From positions 73,070 through 137,069 of the forward strand of contig CAVTYO010000017.1 of the NCBI GenBank assembly GCA_963738915.1: 64,000 nt of DNA, written 5' to 3'. Positions 24,143-34,249 of the stretch are shown one piece after another; within the stretch, counting starts at the first letter, position 1; the number at the start of each line of letters is the position of its first letter. The DNA comes from an uncultured Alphaproteobacteria bacterium (GTDB lineage: Bacteria > Pseudomonadota > Alphaproteobacteria > Rhizobiales > Xanthobacteraceae). Under the pieces are notes generated by a model that was given only the letters and a program-made list of their open reading frames with translations, was not told the origin of the DNA and made no database searches. The position numbers and the translations under genes were made by a program.

Positions 24143-25141
24143 TCAGCCGCGCTTGAGCAGACGCAGGCGAGAGGCGGCCTCGGCATTGGCGGCGCCCGGC
24201 GGCATGCGGCCGGCGAGCAACTCCTTGACCTGATTGACCGTATCGAAGGCCTGATGCTCGGCGGCGTCGGGGGTCAGTCCGGCAACGTGCGGCGTGGCGA
24301 TGACGTCGGCGCGCGCCGCAAGCGCAAGCGAGGGCTTCTGGTCCGGGGCGCGTCCGACATCCATGGCGGCGCCGGCGATGCGATTGGCATCGAGCGCCGC
24401 GGCAAGCGCTGCCTCGTCCACCAGATTGCCGCGCGACATATTGATGAAATAGGCGGACGGCTTCATCGCCGCGAAGGCGGCGGCGTTCATCAGATTTTCC
24501 GTCTGCTCGTTGGCGATGGCGAGGCAAATGACGAAGTCGGATTGCGCCAATAGCGCGGCAAGTTCCACCTGCTTGACGCCGGGTGCGGCCGCCTTCTTGA
24601 ACGGATCGCTGACCAGCACGGTCATGCCCAGCGCGACGCACAGGGTGCTGAGGTATTCGCCGATCACGCCGTAGCCGATGATGCCGACGGTCGAGCCTTT
24701 GAGCTGACGGCCCATGTGCGGCTCCGCGTCCTTGCCGGCACGGTACTCCGACACCGCTTGCGTCACGTAGCGTCCGCAATCGACCATGAAGCCGATCGCC
24801 ATTTCGGCGACCGAAGCGATAAAACCGGGTGTTGCATGTGTAACCAATACGCCTTTGGCGCTCGCCGCGGGCACATCGATGTTGCGGATATCGACGGCGA
24901 CGCGCAGGAAGGCGACCAGCGTGTCCGGCGCCGCGGCGAAAAATTCGCCAGGCCCTGCGGTCTGCCGGTCGGAGACGATGATGGCGCAGTCACCCGCGGC
25001 CTTCACCAGCGCCCGCGCGTCGAGCACCTGATCAGCCGGATTAAGGCGCACTTCGCCCAGTTTGCGCAGCGCCGCAAGGGCGCGCGGGCCATAATAGTTC
25101 GCCAGCATGTCCGGCGTGTGGGTGAGGAAAATTGCAGGCAT
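24143..25141 (-). CDS. D-isomer-specific 2-hydroxyacid dehydrogenase family protein (NAD-binding)
   Basis: GSTVGIIGYGVIGEYL Rossmann motif and the catalytic region NMSRGNLVDEAAL..TPHVAG. Confidence 0.85.
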   Translation of the reverse strand: MPAIFLTHTPDMLANYYGPRALAALRKLGEVRLNPADQVLDARALVKAAGDCAIIVSDRQTAGPGEFFAAAPDTLVAFLRVAVDIRNIDVPAASAKGVLVTHATPGFIASVAEMAIGFMVDCGRYVTQAVSEYRAGKDAEPHMGRQLKGSTVGIIGYGVIGEYLSTLCVALGMTVLVSDPFKKAAAPGVKQVELAALLAQSDFVICLAIANEQTENLMNAAAFAAMKPSAYFINMSRGNLVDEAALAAALDANRIAGAAMDVGRAPDQKPSLALAARADVIATPHVAGLTPDAAEHQAFDTVNQVKELLAGRMPPGAANAEAASRLRLLKRG

Positions 25142-25296
25142 GTGCTGTTGCGCCGCCGGGTTGAACGTGGGGGCCTTTATGTAGCATGATGCCGCCGGTT
25201 CCGCAGAGGGCTGGCGATTGTGGCACCGCGCCCCGCCTGGAACTCGTACCGGCGCTATTTTGTCGACCGCAGCAGCGCCTTATATGCCGGAGTGTC

Positions 25297-25803
25297 ATGA
25301 CGTTTATTGTTTATCTGGTCGTGGCGGTCATCACCGTCTTTGGCGTGTTGCTGGAGATGGGCCTGCTGGTCGAACCCGCGCACAAAGTTGAAGCTTCCAG
25401 GGCGCCGGTCACGATTCCGGCGCCGCCGCCCGTGGCCGAACGTATTGCGCCCGAGACCGATGCCCGGGCCACCGAGGCGCCGGTGATTCCGTTGCCGGCG
25501 CGGCAGGCGACGCCGGTGGTTTCCGGAAAGTGCGATGTGACCGCCTGCGCGGTTGCGTATACGAGCTTCCGCGCGGCCGACTGCACCTATCAGTCGAGCG
25601 CGGGACGGCGCGAGCTTTGCACCAAGGGCGTCGCCAGCGATCCGGCGACCGCGGAAGCGGTGCTCAATGCCCACTCCGACACCGCTACCGCAACGAGCGC
25701 CTTGTGCAACATCGCCGCCTGCACCACGGCCTATCACAGCTTCACGCCTGCCGACTGCACCTACCAGCCCACGGAAGGTCCGCGCCGGCTGTGCACCAAG
25801 TGA
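25297..25803 (+). CDS. Membrane-anchored protein with two tandem BA14K-like four-Cys modules
   Basis: An N-terminal TM helix (IVYLVVAVITVFGVLL) and a Pro-rich linker are followed by two 32-aa repeats, C-x4-C-x3-Y-x-SF-x3-DCTYQ-x4-G-x-R-x-LCTK. Confidence 0.6.
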   Translation: MTFIVYLVVAVITVFGVLLEMGLLVEPAHKVEASRAPVTIPAPPPVAERIAPETDARATEAPVIPLPARQATPVVSGKCDVTACAVAYTSFRAADCTYQSSAGRRELCTKGVASDPATAEAVLNAHSDTATATSALCNIAACTTAYHSFTPADCTYQPTEGPRRLCTK

Positions 25804-25842
25804 TGCGGCAATTCTAAATTCCGCGGCGCGCGCCTGCCTCCG

Positions 25843-26955
25843 TCAATAGACGACGACCGATCGGATCGACTTGCCCTCGTGCATCAGCTCGAAGGCGTCG
25901 TTGATCTTCTCCAGCGGCATGGTGTGAGTGATCAGGTCGTCGATATTGATCTTGCCGTCCATGTACCAGTCGACGATTCCGGGCACGTCGGTGCGGCCGT
26001 GAGCGCCGCCAAACGCTGTGCCGCGCCACACTCGTCCGGTCACCAGCTGAAACGGCCGCGTTGCGATTTCCTGGCCGGAGCCTGCGACGCCGATGATGAT
26101 GCTCTCGCCCCAGCCGCGGTGGCAGCATTCCAGTGCCTGGCGCATGACATTCACGTTGCCGATGCACTCGAAGGAGAAGTCGGCGCCGCCGCCGGTCAGA
26201 TCGACGACCGCCTGCACCACCTTGTCGCGGCCGACCTCGTCGGGATTGATGAAATGCGTCATGCCGAACTTTTCGGCCATGGCGCGCCGCGCCGGATTGA
26301 GATCGATGCCGATGATCTTGTCGGCTCCGGCAATGCGCGCCCCTTGCACCACGTTGAGCCCGATGCCGCCGAGCCCGAACACGGCGACGTTGGCGCCGGG
26401 CCACACCTTCGCGGTGTTGATGACGGCGCCGATGCCGGTCGTCACGCCGCAGCCGATGTAACAGATCTTGTCGAAGGGCGCGTCCTCGCGCACTTTGGCC
26501 AGCGCAATCTCGGGCAGCACGGTGAAATTGGCAAACGTCGAGCAGCCCATGTAGTGGAAGACGTTATCGCCGTCGCAGCGAAAACGGCTGGTGCCGTCCG
26601 GCATCACGCCCTTGCCCTGCGTGGCGCGGATCGCGGTGCACAGATTGGAGCGGCGCGAGAGGCAGGTTTTGCAGCTTCGGCATTCCGGCGTGTAGAGCGG
26701 AATGACGTGGTCGCCGGCTTTGAGCGTCGTCACGCCGGCGCCGGTCTCGCGCACGATGCCGGCGCCTTCATGGCCGAGGATCGCCGGGAAGATACCTTCG
26801 GGGTCGGCGCCCGACAGCGTGTAGGCGTCGGTGTGGCAGATGCCGGTCGCCTTGATCTCGACCAGCACCTCGCCCGCCTTCGGGCCTTCAATGTCGATGG
26901 TCTCGATCGAGAGCGGCTCGCCGGCCTTCCAGGCCACCGCGGCGCGGGTTTTCAT
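25843..26955 (-). CDS. adhC: S-(hydroxymethyl)glutathione dehydrogenase / class III alcohol dehydrogenase
   Basis: 370 aa. [34 protein letters not shown] and [15 protein letters not shown] are typical of class III ADH. Confidence 0.92.
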   Translation of the reverse strand: MKTRAAVAWKAGEPLSIETIDIEGPKAGEVLVEIKATGICHTDAYTLSGADPEGIFPAILGHEGAGIVRETGAGVTTLKAGDHVIPLYTPECRSCKTCLSRRSNLCTAIRATQGKGVMPDGTSRFRCDGDNVFHYMGCSTFANFTVLPEIALAKVREDAPFDKICYIGCGVTTGIGAVINTAKVWPGANVAVFGLGGIGLNVVQGARIAGADKIIGIDLNPARRAMAEKFGMTHFINPDEVGRDKVVQAVVDLTGGGADFSFECIGNVNVMRQALECCHRGWGESIIIGVAGSGQEIATRPFQLVTGRVWRGTAFGGAHGRTDVPGIVDWYMDGKINIDDLITHTMPLEKINDAFELMHEGKSIRSVVVY

Positions 26956-27045
26956 CGGGCAATTCCTTTTGAACAGCCCGGTTATCTAGCAGCGCCGCTA
27001 ATTTCTGTCATTCCAGTTCGCCTCGCGCGAGACCGGCAATAACGC

Positions 27046-27246
27046 CTAGAGCCTTTTCTTGCGCGGCACCTTCTTGCCCTTCTTGCGGGCCTTGGACAGG
27101 CCGATGGCGATCGCCTGCTTGCGGCTCTTTACCTTGCCGCCCTTGCCACCTTTGCCGCTTTTCGCCGTACCCTTGTTGTAACGCTTCATTTCGTTTTCCA
27201 CGTCGCGGCTCGCGGACTTCGAGTATTTGCGCTTCCTCTTGGCCAT
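27046..27246 (-). CDS. Small Lys-rich protein, DUF6496-like
   Basis: 66 aa. The motif SRKQAIAIGLSKARKKG resembles the DUF6496 family core. This assignment is from memory. Confidence 0.55.
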   Translation of the reverse strand: MAKRKRKYSKSASRDVENEMKRYNKGTAKSGKGGKGGKVKSRKQAIAIGLSKARKKGKKVPRKKRL

Positions 27247-27355
27247 GTCGCAGCTCCTCCAGGTTCCCCGCTACAACCTCCGGCAGCTACCGCGGTTCCG
27301 TCGCCGGATCGGCGTCATTTGCGCAGCACCGCAGTTTGCCGCCGCGCTTGCGGTG

Positions 27356-28393
27356 CTACGGCTGCCAGGCCGCTTCTTTGGTGGCCGGGTTTTCGGCGTC
27401 GGCGTTGGCTTCGCCGATCACCTTGACGAGCGCGCGCAGCACCTCGGGCACGCCTTTGCCCGACGCGGATGAGATGACCAGCGGCGCCTTCTTGCAGGCC
27501 TTCTTCAATTTGGCGGCCTGCGTCTTGATCTCGTCCGGCGTCATCGCGTCGGCCTTGGTCAGCGCCACGATTTCCGGCTTGCCAGCAAGGCCGTGGCCGT
27601 AGGCGTCAAGTTCGCCGCGCACGATCCTGTAGGCTTCGCCGGGCTCCTCGGCGGTGCCGTCCACCAGATGCAGCAACACTCGGCAGCGCTCGGTGTGGCC
27701 GAGGAATCGGTCGCCGAGGCCTACGCCTTCGTGCGCGCCTTCGATCAGGCCGGGGAGGTCGGCGAGCACGAATTCCTTGTTGTCGACGCGCACCACGCCG
27801 AGTTGCGGATGCAGCGTAGTGAAGGGGTAGTCGGCGATCTTGGGTTTCGCCGCGCTGACCGCGGCGAGAAACGTGGACTTGCCGGCATTGGGCAGACCGA
27901 TGAGGCCGGCGTCGGCGATCAGCTTGAGGCGCAGGCGGATGGTGCGTTCTTCGCCGGGCTGGCCGGGATTGGCCTTGCGCGGCGCGCGGTTGGTCGACGA
28001 CTTGAAATAGGCATTGCCGAAGCCGCCATTGCCACCCTTGGCGATGGTCACGCGCTCGCCGACCTCGGTGAGATCGGCCAGCAGCGTCTCGCCGTCCTCT
28101 TCGTAGATTTGCGTGCCCACCGGCACCTTGAGCACCACGTCCTTACCGTTGGCGCCGTGCATGTCCTTGCCCATGCCGTTGCCGCCGCTCTTGGCCTTGA
28201 AGTGCTGCTGGTAGCGGTAGTCGATCAGCGTGTTGAGGCCGTTGACCGCCTCGACGACGACATCGGCGCCCTTGCCGCCGTTGCCGCCGCTGGGACCGCC
28301 GAACTCGATGAACTTTTCGCGGCGGAAGGCGACGCAGCCGTTGCCGCCTGCGCCTGACGCGATATAGACCTTGGCTTCGTCGAGGAATTTCAT
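27356..28393 (-). CDS. obgE: GTPase ObgE/CgtA
   Basis: ATG 28393 gives the canonical [29 protein letters not shown] motifs [18 protein letters not shown] and TKAD are present. Confidence 0.93.
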   Translation of the reverse strand: MKFLDEAKVYIASGAGGNGCVAFRREKFIEFGGPSGGNGGKGADVVVEAVNGLNTLIDYRYQQHFKAKSGGNGMGKDMHGANGKDVVLKVPVGTQIYEEDGETLLADLTEVGERVTIAKGGNGGFGNAYFKSSTNRAPRKANPGQPGEERTIRLRLKLIADAGLIGLPNAGKSTFLAAVSAAKPKIADYPFTTLHPQLGVVRVDNKEFVLADLPGLIEGAHEGVGLGDRFLGHTERCRVLLHLVDGTAEEPGEAYRIVRGELDAYGHGLAGKPEIVALTKADAMTPDEIKTQAAKLKKACKKAPLVISSASGKGVPEVLRALVKVIGEANADAENPATKEAAWQP

Positions 28394-28443
28394 GGCGCCT
28401 TCGTTTCTCCGGCGTATATAGCGTTCGCCGCCGGAACTGCAAA

Positions 28444-29349
28444 ATGACCACACAAAGCGCCGCGCTCCCGCGATCCATCGCATTGGCCGGAATCGGCCTG
28501 ATGCTCGTCGGCATCTTCTTTTTCGCCCTCAACGACGCCTTGGGGAAATGGCTGATCTCGACCTATTCGCTCGGCCAGCTTCTGCTGGTGCGCAGCGCCG
28601 CCGCGCTGGTGCTGCTGGCGCCCTTCATCTGGCGCGAAGGTTTAACGCCGTTCCGCGCCGCGCCGCGCCCACTGATCCAGTGGCTGCGGCCGGTTTTCTC
28701 CACGCTCGAACTCGGGTGCTTCTATTGGGCGCTCGCGTACATGCCGCTCGCCGACGTGATGACGTTTTATCTCGCCAGCCCGATCTACGTCACCGCGGTG
28801 TCGCCGTTCCTGCTGGGCGAACACGTCGGCTGGCGGCGCTGGGCGGCGGTGATCGCCGGATTTGCCGGCGTGATGATCGCGCTTAATCCGTCGGCGCAGA
28901 GCCTGACGCCGGCTGCGATGGTCGCCATCGTGGGGAGCGTGTCGTTCTCGGTGCTGATGATCCTGACGCGGCAGGTGCGCGGCACCTCCGATACCGTGCT
29001 GGTGACGACACAGATGGCCGGCGCACTCATCGCCGGCGCGGTACTGGCGCCGTTCACCTGGGTGCCGCTGACCTGGTCGGACGGCGGGCTGCTGGTGGTG
29101 CTCGGGGCCGTCGCCACCGCCGCCCACATCTGCGTCAACCGCTCGCTCAAGCTTGCGCCGGCCTCGCTCGTCGTGCCTTATCAGTACACCACGATCGTCT
29201 GGGCCATCATTCTCGGCTACGTCTTCTTTGGCGACATTCCGCGCACCGCGATGCTCGTGGGCGCCGCCATCATCATCGCCGCCGGCATCTACATCTTCAT
29301 CCGCGAGCAGGTCTGGCAGACGCCGACGTCCTTTGCCGAGCCGCCGTGA
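28444..29349 (+). CDS. DMT/EamA-family permease
   Basis: 301 aa with ten hydrophobic segments and EamA repeats. Confidence 0.8.
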   Translation: MTTQSAALPRSIALAGIGLMLVGIFFFALNDALGKWLISTYSLGQLLLVRSAAALVLLAPFIWREGLTPFRAAPRPLIQWLRPVFSTLELGCFYWALAYMPLADVMTFYLASPIYVTAVSPFLLGEHVGWRRWAAVIAGFAGVMIALNPSAQSLTPAAMVAIVGSVSFSVLMILTRQVRGTSDTVLVTTQMAGALIAGAVLAPFTWVPLTWSDGGLLVVLGAVATAAHICVNRSLKLAPASLVVPYQYTTIVWAIILGYVFFGDIPRTAMLVGAAIIIAAGIYIFIREQVWQTPTSFAEPP

Positions 29350-29460
29350 CAGGGCCTGATGGCACCTGGGGGCGGCTGCACAGAAAACATGGAATCCGCG
29401 GGAATAAATCTCGCGTTGGCCCGATCTAGTCCTCTGCAGGTAAACGCAGGGAGACCGGCC

Positions 29461-30390
29461 ATGCCCGTACTCGACGAAGACCCAAGCCGCCGCAAAGTTC
29501 TTGAATGCATGACTTGGGCCGGAACCGGCGTTCTCTGGACCGTCGCTGGCGGGGTCCCGCGATCAATCGGCCTTATCGACCAAGCGATAGCGGCCGACGT
29601 CAAGGATTTCACGTTCCTGCAGATCAGCGACAGCCACGTGGGCTTCGACAAGCCCGCAAACCCCAACGCCAAAGGGACTCTGGAAGAGGCCATCGGCCGA
29701 ATTAAGACGCTGCCAGCAAAGCCAGCGTTCATGATTCACACCGGCGATATTACGCATCTGTCGAAGGACGACCAATTCGACGACGCCGAGCAGATCATCT
29801 CGCAAGCCAAACTTGACGTACATTATGTGCCCGGCGAGCACGACATTATCGATCCCGACATCAGGCTCTACAGGGAGCGTTACGGGCGCGGCACCAAGGG
29901 CTCTGGTTACTACAGCTTCGACGCCAACGGGGTGCACTTCATGGGACTGGTCAATGTTGCCAATCTCAAAGGCGGCGGTATGGGCAGTCTCGGCGACGAA
30001 CAACTCGAATGGATCGAGGCCGACCTCAAGGGCCGTTCCGCTTCGACGCCGATCGTGGTGTTCGCACACATTCCGTTGTGGACCGTTTATTCCGATTGGG
30101 GTTGGGGCACCGAAGATAGCGCGCAAGCGCTGGGTTATTTGAAGCGTTTCGGCTCGGTCACCATACTCAACGGTCACATTCACCAGGTCATGCAGAAGGT
30201 CGAGGGCAACGTCACCTTTCATACCGCGCGCTCGACGGCCTTCCCGCAGCCCGCGCCAGGCGCGGCGCCATCTGCCGGACCGATGAAGGTGCCGGCGGAA
30301 CGATTACGCAGTTTTCTCGGCACAGCCTGCATCACGTTCCGGTCTGGCGAGCAGCGGCTCGCCATCATCGACACGGCACTGCAAAGCTGA
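29461..30390 (+). CDS. Metallophosphoesterase (calcineurin-like), probably Tat-exported
   Basis: SRRKVLE twin-Arg N-terminus. Motifs: LQISDSHVG, HTGDITH, GEHD, FAHIPL, GHIH. Confidence 0.8.
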   Translation: MPVLDEDPSRRKVLECMTWAGTGVLWTVAGGVPRSIGLIDQAIAADVKDFTFLQISDSHVGFDKPANPNAKGTLEEAIGRIKTLPAKPAFMIHTGDITHLSKDDQFDDAEQIISQAKLDVHYVPGEHDIIDPDIRLYRERYGRGTKGSGYYSFDANGVHFMGLVNVANLKGGGMGSLGDEQLEWIEADLKGRSASTPIVVFAHIPLWTVYSDWGWGTEDSAQALGYLKRFGSVTILNGHIHQVMQKVEGNVTFHTARSTAFPQPAPGAAPSAGPMKVPAERLRSFLGTACITFRSGEQRLAIIDTALQS

Positions 30391-30398
30391 ATATCGCC

Positions 30399-30746
30399 AT
30401 GGACCGGAAAAGAACACTCGCAATTGGCGCCATAATCGGGCTCGCCGCCGTGGCTATTGGTACGTGCGCCGCGCAGGCCGCGGATGTCGAAGTCAAGATC
30501 GACAATTTTACGTTCAGTCCGCAACAGATCACGGTGAAAGCGGGAGACACGGTGATATGGATCAATCATGATGATATCCCCCACACTGTGACATCGAAAA
30601 CGTCGGTGTTTCGCTCCAAGGCGATGGACACCGACGACAAGTTCGCTTTCACATTCACGTCGCCGGGCACCTATGCGTACTTCTGTTCGCTGCATCCGCA
30701 CATGACTGGTTCTGTTGTGGTTGAGGCCGGCACGAGTGCGAAATAG
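30399..30746 (+). CDS. Amicyanin-like cupredoxin (type-1 copper protein), exported
   Basis: Signal peptide, copper ligands H (IPHTV) and C-x2-H-P-x-M (YFCSLHPHM). Confidence 0.85.
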   Translation: MDRKRTLAIGAIIGLAAVAIGTCAAQAADVEVKIDNFTFSPQQITVKAGDTVIWINHDDIPHTVTSKTSVFRSKAMDTDDKFAFTFTSPGTYAYFCSLHPHMTGSVVVEAGTSAK

Positions 30747-30799
30747 CTTAATGTTGGCTGTTCAACGGATCATAGTGACTGCGCGAGGCTAAACATTCA

Positions 30800-31363
30800 G
30801 TGATGGCAGGCGGCGCAGGATTGAGCGACAGCGGGAATACGGGCCGCTTCAAGCAGCTCGCCTTGCCGTATCTCGATGAGCTCTACACGCTGGCGCGTTA
30901 TCTCATGCGCAACGCGGACGATGCGGACGACGCGGTGCAGGAGTGTTATCTGCGCGCTTTCCGTCATTTTGACACGTTTCGCGGTGGCCCGATAAAGCCG
31001 TGGTTGATGGCGATCCTGCGGAATGTCTGCCGTGCCGGATACGCCGGCAACGCGAGATTGGTGTACGGGCTCGATCACCGGCAAGACGGCGAGGCGGCCG
31101 AACCAATCTGGCGCGAGGACAACGAAACGCCGGAACAAATTGTTGTGCGCAGCCATGAGTCGCAAACATTGCACCGACTGATCGGCGAGCTGCCGGCGGA
31201 GTTCCGCGAAGTGATCGTGCTGCGCGAAATCAACGACCTGTCTTATCGCGATATAGCGACTGTCATCGAGGCGCCGATCGGCACGGTAATGTCGCGTCTG
31301 GCGCGCGCGAGAACGATGCTCCGAGAGGCCTGGGTTGCAGCGGGAGGGAGTACGAATTCATGA
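30800..31363 (+). CDS. ECF-type RNA polymerase sigma factor
   Basis: Sigma-70 region 2 (DADDAVQECYLRAFRHFDTF..PWLMAILRN) and region 4 (REVIVLREINDLSYRDIATVIEAPIGTVMSRLARAR). Confidence 0.88.
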   Translation: MMAGGAGLSDSGNTGRFKQLALPYLDELYTLARYLMRNADDADDAVQECYLRAFRHFDTFRGGPIKPWLMAILRNVCRAGYAGNARLVYGLDHRQDGEAAEPIWREDNETPEQIVVRSHESQTLHRLIGELPAEFREVIVLREINDLSYRDIATVIEAPIGTVMSRLARARTMLREAWVAAGGSTNS

Positions 31364-32118
31364 CCTGCGAAGAAGCCGGTATTTTGCTGCACGCGCTGAT
31401 CGACGGTGAACTCGATGCTGGAAACGCGCGCGAAGTCGAAGCGCATGTGGCGGCTTGCCCTTCGTGCGCGGCACAGCTTCGCGGCGTTCAAGCATTGCGC
31501 ACGGCGATGATTCCGGCGCAGTTGCGCTACACCGCGCCCGCGCACCTGCGTACCGGCATTGAAGGAAGATTACCGGCACCGGCCGCGGCCGCTGCAAGCC
31601 GCCGCGCCGCCATCAAGGGTTTCGCTCTCGGCGCCGCCATATCGGCTCTCGCCGCGTCAGGCTTGTTCCTGATGATCGCGCGGAGGGACGGCAACGAGCG
31701 CATTCTCGACGAGGTCGTGTCCGCACATCTGCGTTCGTTGCAGGGCGAACATCTAATCGACGTGGCGTCGAGCGACCAGCACACCGTCAAGCCGTGGTTC
31801 AACGGCCGGCTCGATGCATCCCCACCGGTCATGGACCTGACCGCGCAAGGCTTCACCCTGCTCGGTGCCCGGGTCGATTATGTCGATGCCAAGCCGGTCG
31901 CCGCGATCGTCTATCGACGGCGCGTGCACATCATCAACTTGTTCTGCGAACCTGCCTCTAATTCGGCGGCGCACGCAGCCTCAATGCAGAGCCTGCACGG
32001 ATTTAACGTGAGGCAATGGAGTGAGAAAGGCCTCAATCTCTGGGCGGTCAGCGACCTCAGCTCCGACGAACTCGGTGACTTCGGCGAAAAGTTCGAGGCT
32101 GCACTGCTGCGGCAATAG
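31360..32118 (+). CDS. Anti-sigma factor (zf-HC2 / ZAS type), single TM
   Basis: ATGA overlap with the sigma gene. The N-terminus is H-x3-C-x2-C (EAHVAACPSCAAQL), followed by a TM segment and a periplasmic domain. Confidence 0.8.
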   Translation: MTCEEAGILLHALIDGELDAGNAREVEAHVAACPSCAAQLRGVQALRTAMIPAQLRYTAPAHLRTGIEGRLPAPAAAAASRRAAIKGFALGAAISALAASGLFLMIARRDGNERILDEVVSAHLRSLQGEHLIDVASSDQHTVKPWFNGRLDASPPVMDLTAQGFTLLGARVDYVDAKPVAAIVYRRRVHIINLFCEPASNSAAHAASMQSLHGFNVRQWSEKGLNLWAVSDLSSDELGDFGEKFEAALLRQ

Positions 32119-32139
32119 CAGGATATTCCGCCCCCGCGA

Positions 32140-32526
32140 CTACGGCACGATCGCGTCGGCTTCGATCTCGATCAGCCAAGACGGGTCGATCGCCTGCACG
32201 ATCTGGATCATGGTCGACGCCGGGCGGATGTCCTTGAAGAACTCGCCGTGCGCGCGGCCGGCCTCCTGCCAGTTTTTCATGTCTTTCAGGAACATCCGCG
32301 TGCGTACGATGTGCTCGCGCTTGCCGCCGGCGTCGTTGACGGCCTTCTCGATAATCTCGAGGCAGCGTTTGGTCTGGGCGCAAAGGTCGCCGGGCGAGGC
32401 GGTGCCGCCACCCGGCGCGAGCGGCGCCGTGCCGGATACGGCGATGTGCGGTCCGACGCGCACCGCGCGCGAGAAGCCGATCGCCGGCTCGAAGGTCGAA
32501 CCCGAGGAGATGAGCTTGCGGTCCAT
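32140..32526 (-). CDS. RidA/YjgF-family protein
   Basis: SGSTFEPAIGFSRAVRVGPHIAVSGT..IVRTRMFL..PASTMIQ is typical of the RidA/YjgF/TdcF fold. Its start overlaps the upstream stop (GTGATG). Confidence 0.85.
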   Translation of the reverse strand: MDRKLISSGSTFEPAIGFSRAVRVGPHIAVSGTAPLAPGGGTASPGDLCAQTKRCLEIIEKAVNDAGGKREHIVRTRMFLKDMKNWQEAGRAHGEFFKDIRPASTMIQIVQAIDPSWLIEIEADAIVP

Positions 32527-33167
32527 CACGTCATCTGTTTGCTGCGTTCGGCGACCTGCCGCGCCATCGCGTCCGCTTCATCGCCCTGGCCGGCGAGCCC
32601 GGCGGCGACGCCGGCCTGATCGACCGCCGGCCGGTTCTGGCTGACCTTCCATTTGCCTTCGATGCGGGCGATCGGGATCTCAAGCCCGACGATGCCCTTG
32701 ATCTGCATGGCGACGAAAGCATCGGGCGCGTCGGAAACCTTCCACGCCTCGGCACGGGTCCGCTCGTTATGTGCGGTCAGATCCTCGATCTGGCGGCGCA
32801 GCCACGCTGCATCATCCATGACCTGCGGTTTGCCCCAGGCGTGCACGGTGATGTAATTCCACGTCGGCACGACCTTTCCGTGCTCGCGCTTGGTCGGGTA
32901 GAGCGACGGGCTGACGTAGATTTGCGGCCCCTGGAACACCACCAGGCATTCGGGGACGGCCGCCAATTCGCGCAGTTGCGGATTGGCACGCGCGAGATGC
33001 GCGCGCAGCAAGCCGCGCTCCGATGCGTCGCCGTCGATCAGGAACGGGATGTGGTTCGCCTGCAACCCGCCCGGTCCCGCCGTGACCAGAAGGCCGAGCG
33101 GATGCTCGCGGATCAGCGCGTGCTGAACCGCGAGCCGGTCTTCGCGAAAATGCTGCGGCTGGTACAT
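32526..33167 (-). CDS. FMN-binding negative transcriptional regulator (PaiB family)
   Basis: MYQPQHFREDRLAVQHALIREHPLGLLVT and the conserved C-terminal WKVSQNRP region. Confidence 0.8.
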   Translation of the reverse strand: MYQPQHFREDRLAVQHALIREHPLGLLVTAGPGGLQANHIPFLIDGDASERGLLRAHLARANPQLRELAAVPECLVVFQGPQIYVSPSLYPTKREHGKVVPTWNYITVHAWGKPQVMDDAAWLRRQIEDLTAHNERTRAEAWKVSDAPDAFVAMQIKGIVGLEIPIARIEGKWKVSQNRPAVDQAGVAAGLAGQGDEADAMARQVAERSKQMT

Positions 33168-33191
33168 GGCTTTGCCCCCGACCGGTGCGCG

Positions 33192-33782
33192 TCAGACCCG
33201 CTTGACGCGGCCCCAGCCTTTCAGCGCCGTCCAGATACCGCGCTCGAGGCGGAAGCGGTCGATCGGCGCCGACGACTTGATCGACGAGATCCGGTAGAGC
33301 CCGACGCCGGTCCACTGGAAGCCGCACTTCTCCAGCACCCGGCGCGAGGCCGGGTTGGTGACGCGGCTGCCCGCCTGCAACGACTCGTGGTTGAGGTCGG
33401 TGAAGGCGTAGTCGATCAGCGCATGCAGCGCCTCGGTGGCATAGCCTTTGTTCCAGTAGGGTACGCCGAGCCAGTAACCGAGCTCCGGCATGTCGTCGTA
33501 ATGGAACATGATGCCGCAGGCGCCGATCACGGTCCTGTCGTGCAGCGTGATCAGGAATGCGGCTTCGCCCGCCTTGCTCGCCCCCGCGATGAAGCTCTCG
33601 GCATCCGCCAATCGGTACGGATGTGGAATGCGCGCGGTATTCTCGGCGATGCGGCGATCGTTGGCGAGCGCTGCCACCAGTTTAGCGTCCCCGAGGCGCG
33701 GCGCGCGCAAAGCAAGCCGCTTGGTCTCGAGGACGGGGATACTGGCTTCGCGGAAGGTCTCTCTGGGTATTTCTTGCAACAT
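33192..33782 (-). CDS. GNAT-family N-acetyltransferase (RimJ/RimL-like)
   Basis: TKRLALRAP..ELGYWLGVPYWNKGYATEAL.. is an acetyl-CoA binding pattern. Confidence 0.8.
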   Translation of the reverse strand: MLQEIPRETFREASIPVLETKRLALRAPRLGDAKLVAALANDRRIAENTARIPHPYRLADAESFIAGASKAGEAAFLITLHDRTVIGACGIMFHYDDMPELGYWLGVPYWNKGYATEALHALIDYAFTDLNHESLQAGSRVTNPASRRVLEKCGFQWTGVGLYRISSIKSSAPIDRFRLERGIWTALKGWGRVKRV

Positions 33783-33822
33783 GGCTCAGGCTCCATTTCC
33801 AGACGCAGCAGGTTGAAAAAGC

Positions 33823-33858
33823 GGAGAGGGGGAGCCGGTCACCCGTCTCCCCCTCTCA
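33823..33858 (-). terminator. Putative rho-independent terminator downstream of rpmA
   Basis: Near-perfect 12-bp stem ggagagggggag/ctccccctctca. On the minus strand it is followed by gcttttt. Confidence 0.5.
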
Positions 33859-33920
33859 GAGCCCATGAGCCCCGCCGGTTCGACTGAATGACCGGCAGAC
33901 CTCGATTTGAGTCTACCGTC

Positions 33921-34193
33921 TTACTCGGCCGCAGCCTCCGTCATCGGTACAACGGACACGTAGGTGCGGCCTTTTGCTTTGGTAGCGAACTGAACCTTTC
34001 CATTAACAAGCGCGAACAGCGTGTGATCCTTACCAACACCAACATTGCGGCCGGGATGCCATTTGGTGCCGCGCTGGCGCGCAAGAATGTTGCCGGCGAG
34101 CACGATTTCGCCGCCGGTCGACTTCAGGCCGAGCCGCTGGCCCGCGCTGTCGCGGCCGTTGCGTGAAGATCCGCCTGCTTTCTTATGCGCCAT
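33921..34193 (-). CDS. rpmA: 50S ribosomal protein L27
   Basis: [34 protein letters not shown] is canonical. Confidence 0.95.
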   Translation of the reverse strand: MAHKKAGGSSRNGRDSAGQRLGLKSTGGEIVLAGNILARQRGTKWHPGRNVGVGKDHTLFALVNGKVQFATKAKGRTYVSVVPMTEAAAE

Positions 34194-34249
34194 ATCACAC
34201 TCTCTTGAATTCTTCGATTTACTTACGCCGATTCCGTGAAGGAATCATC

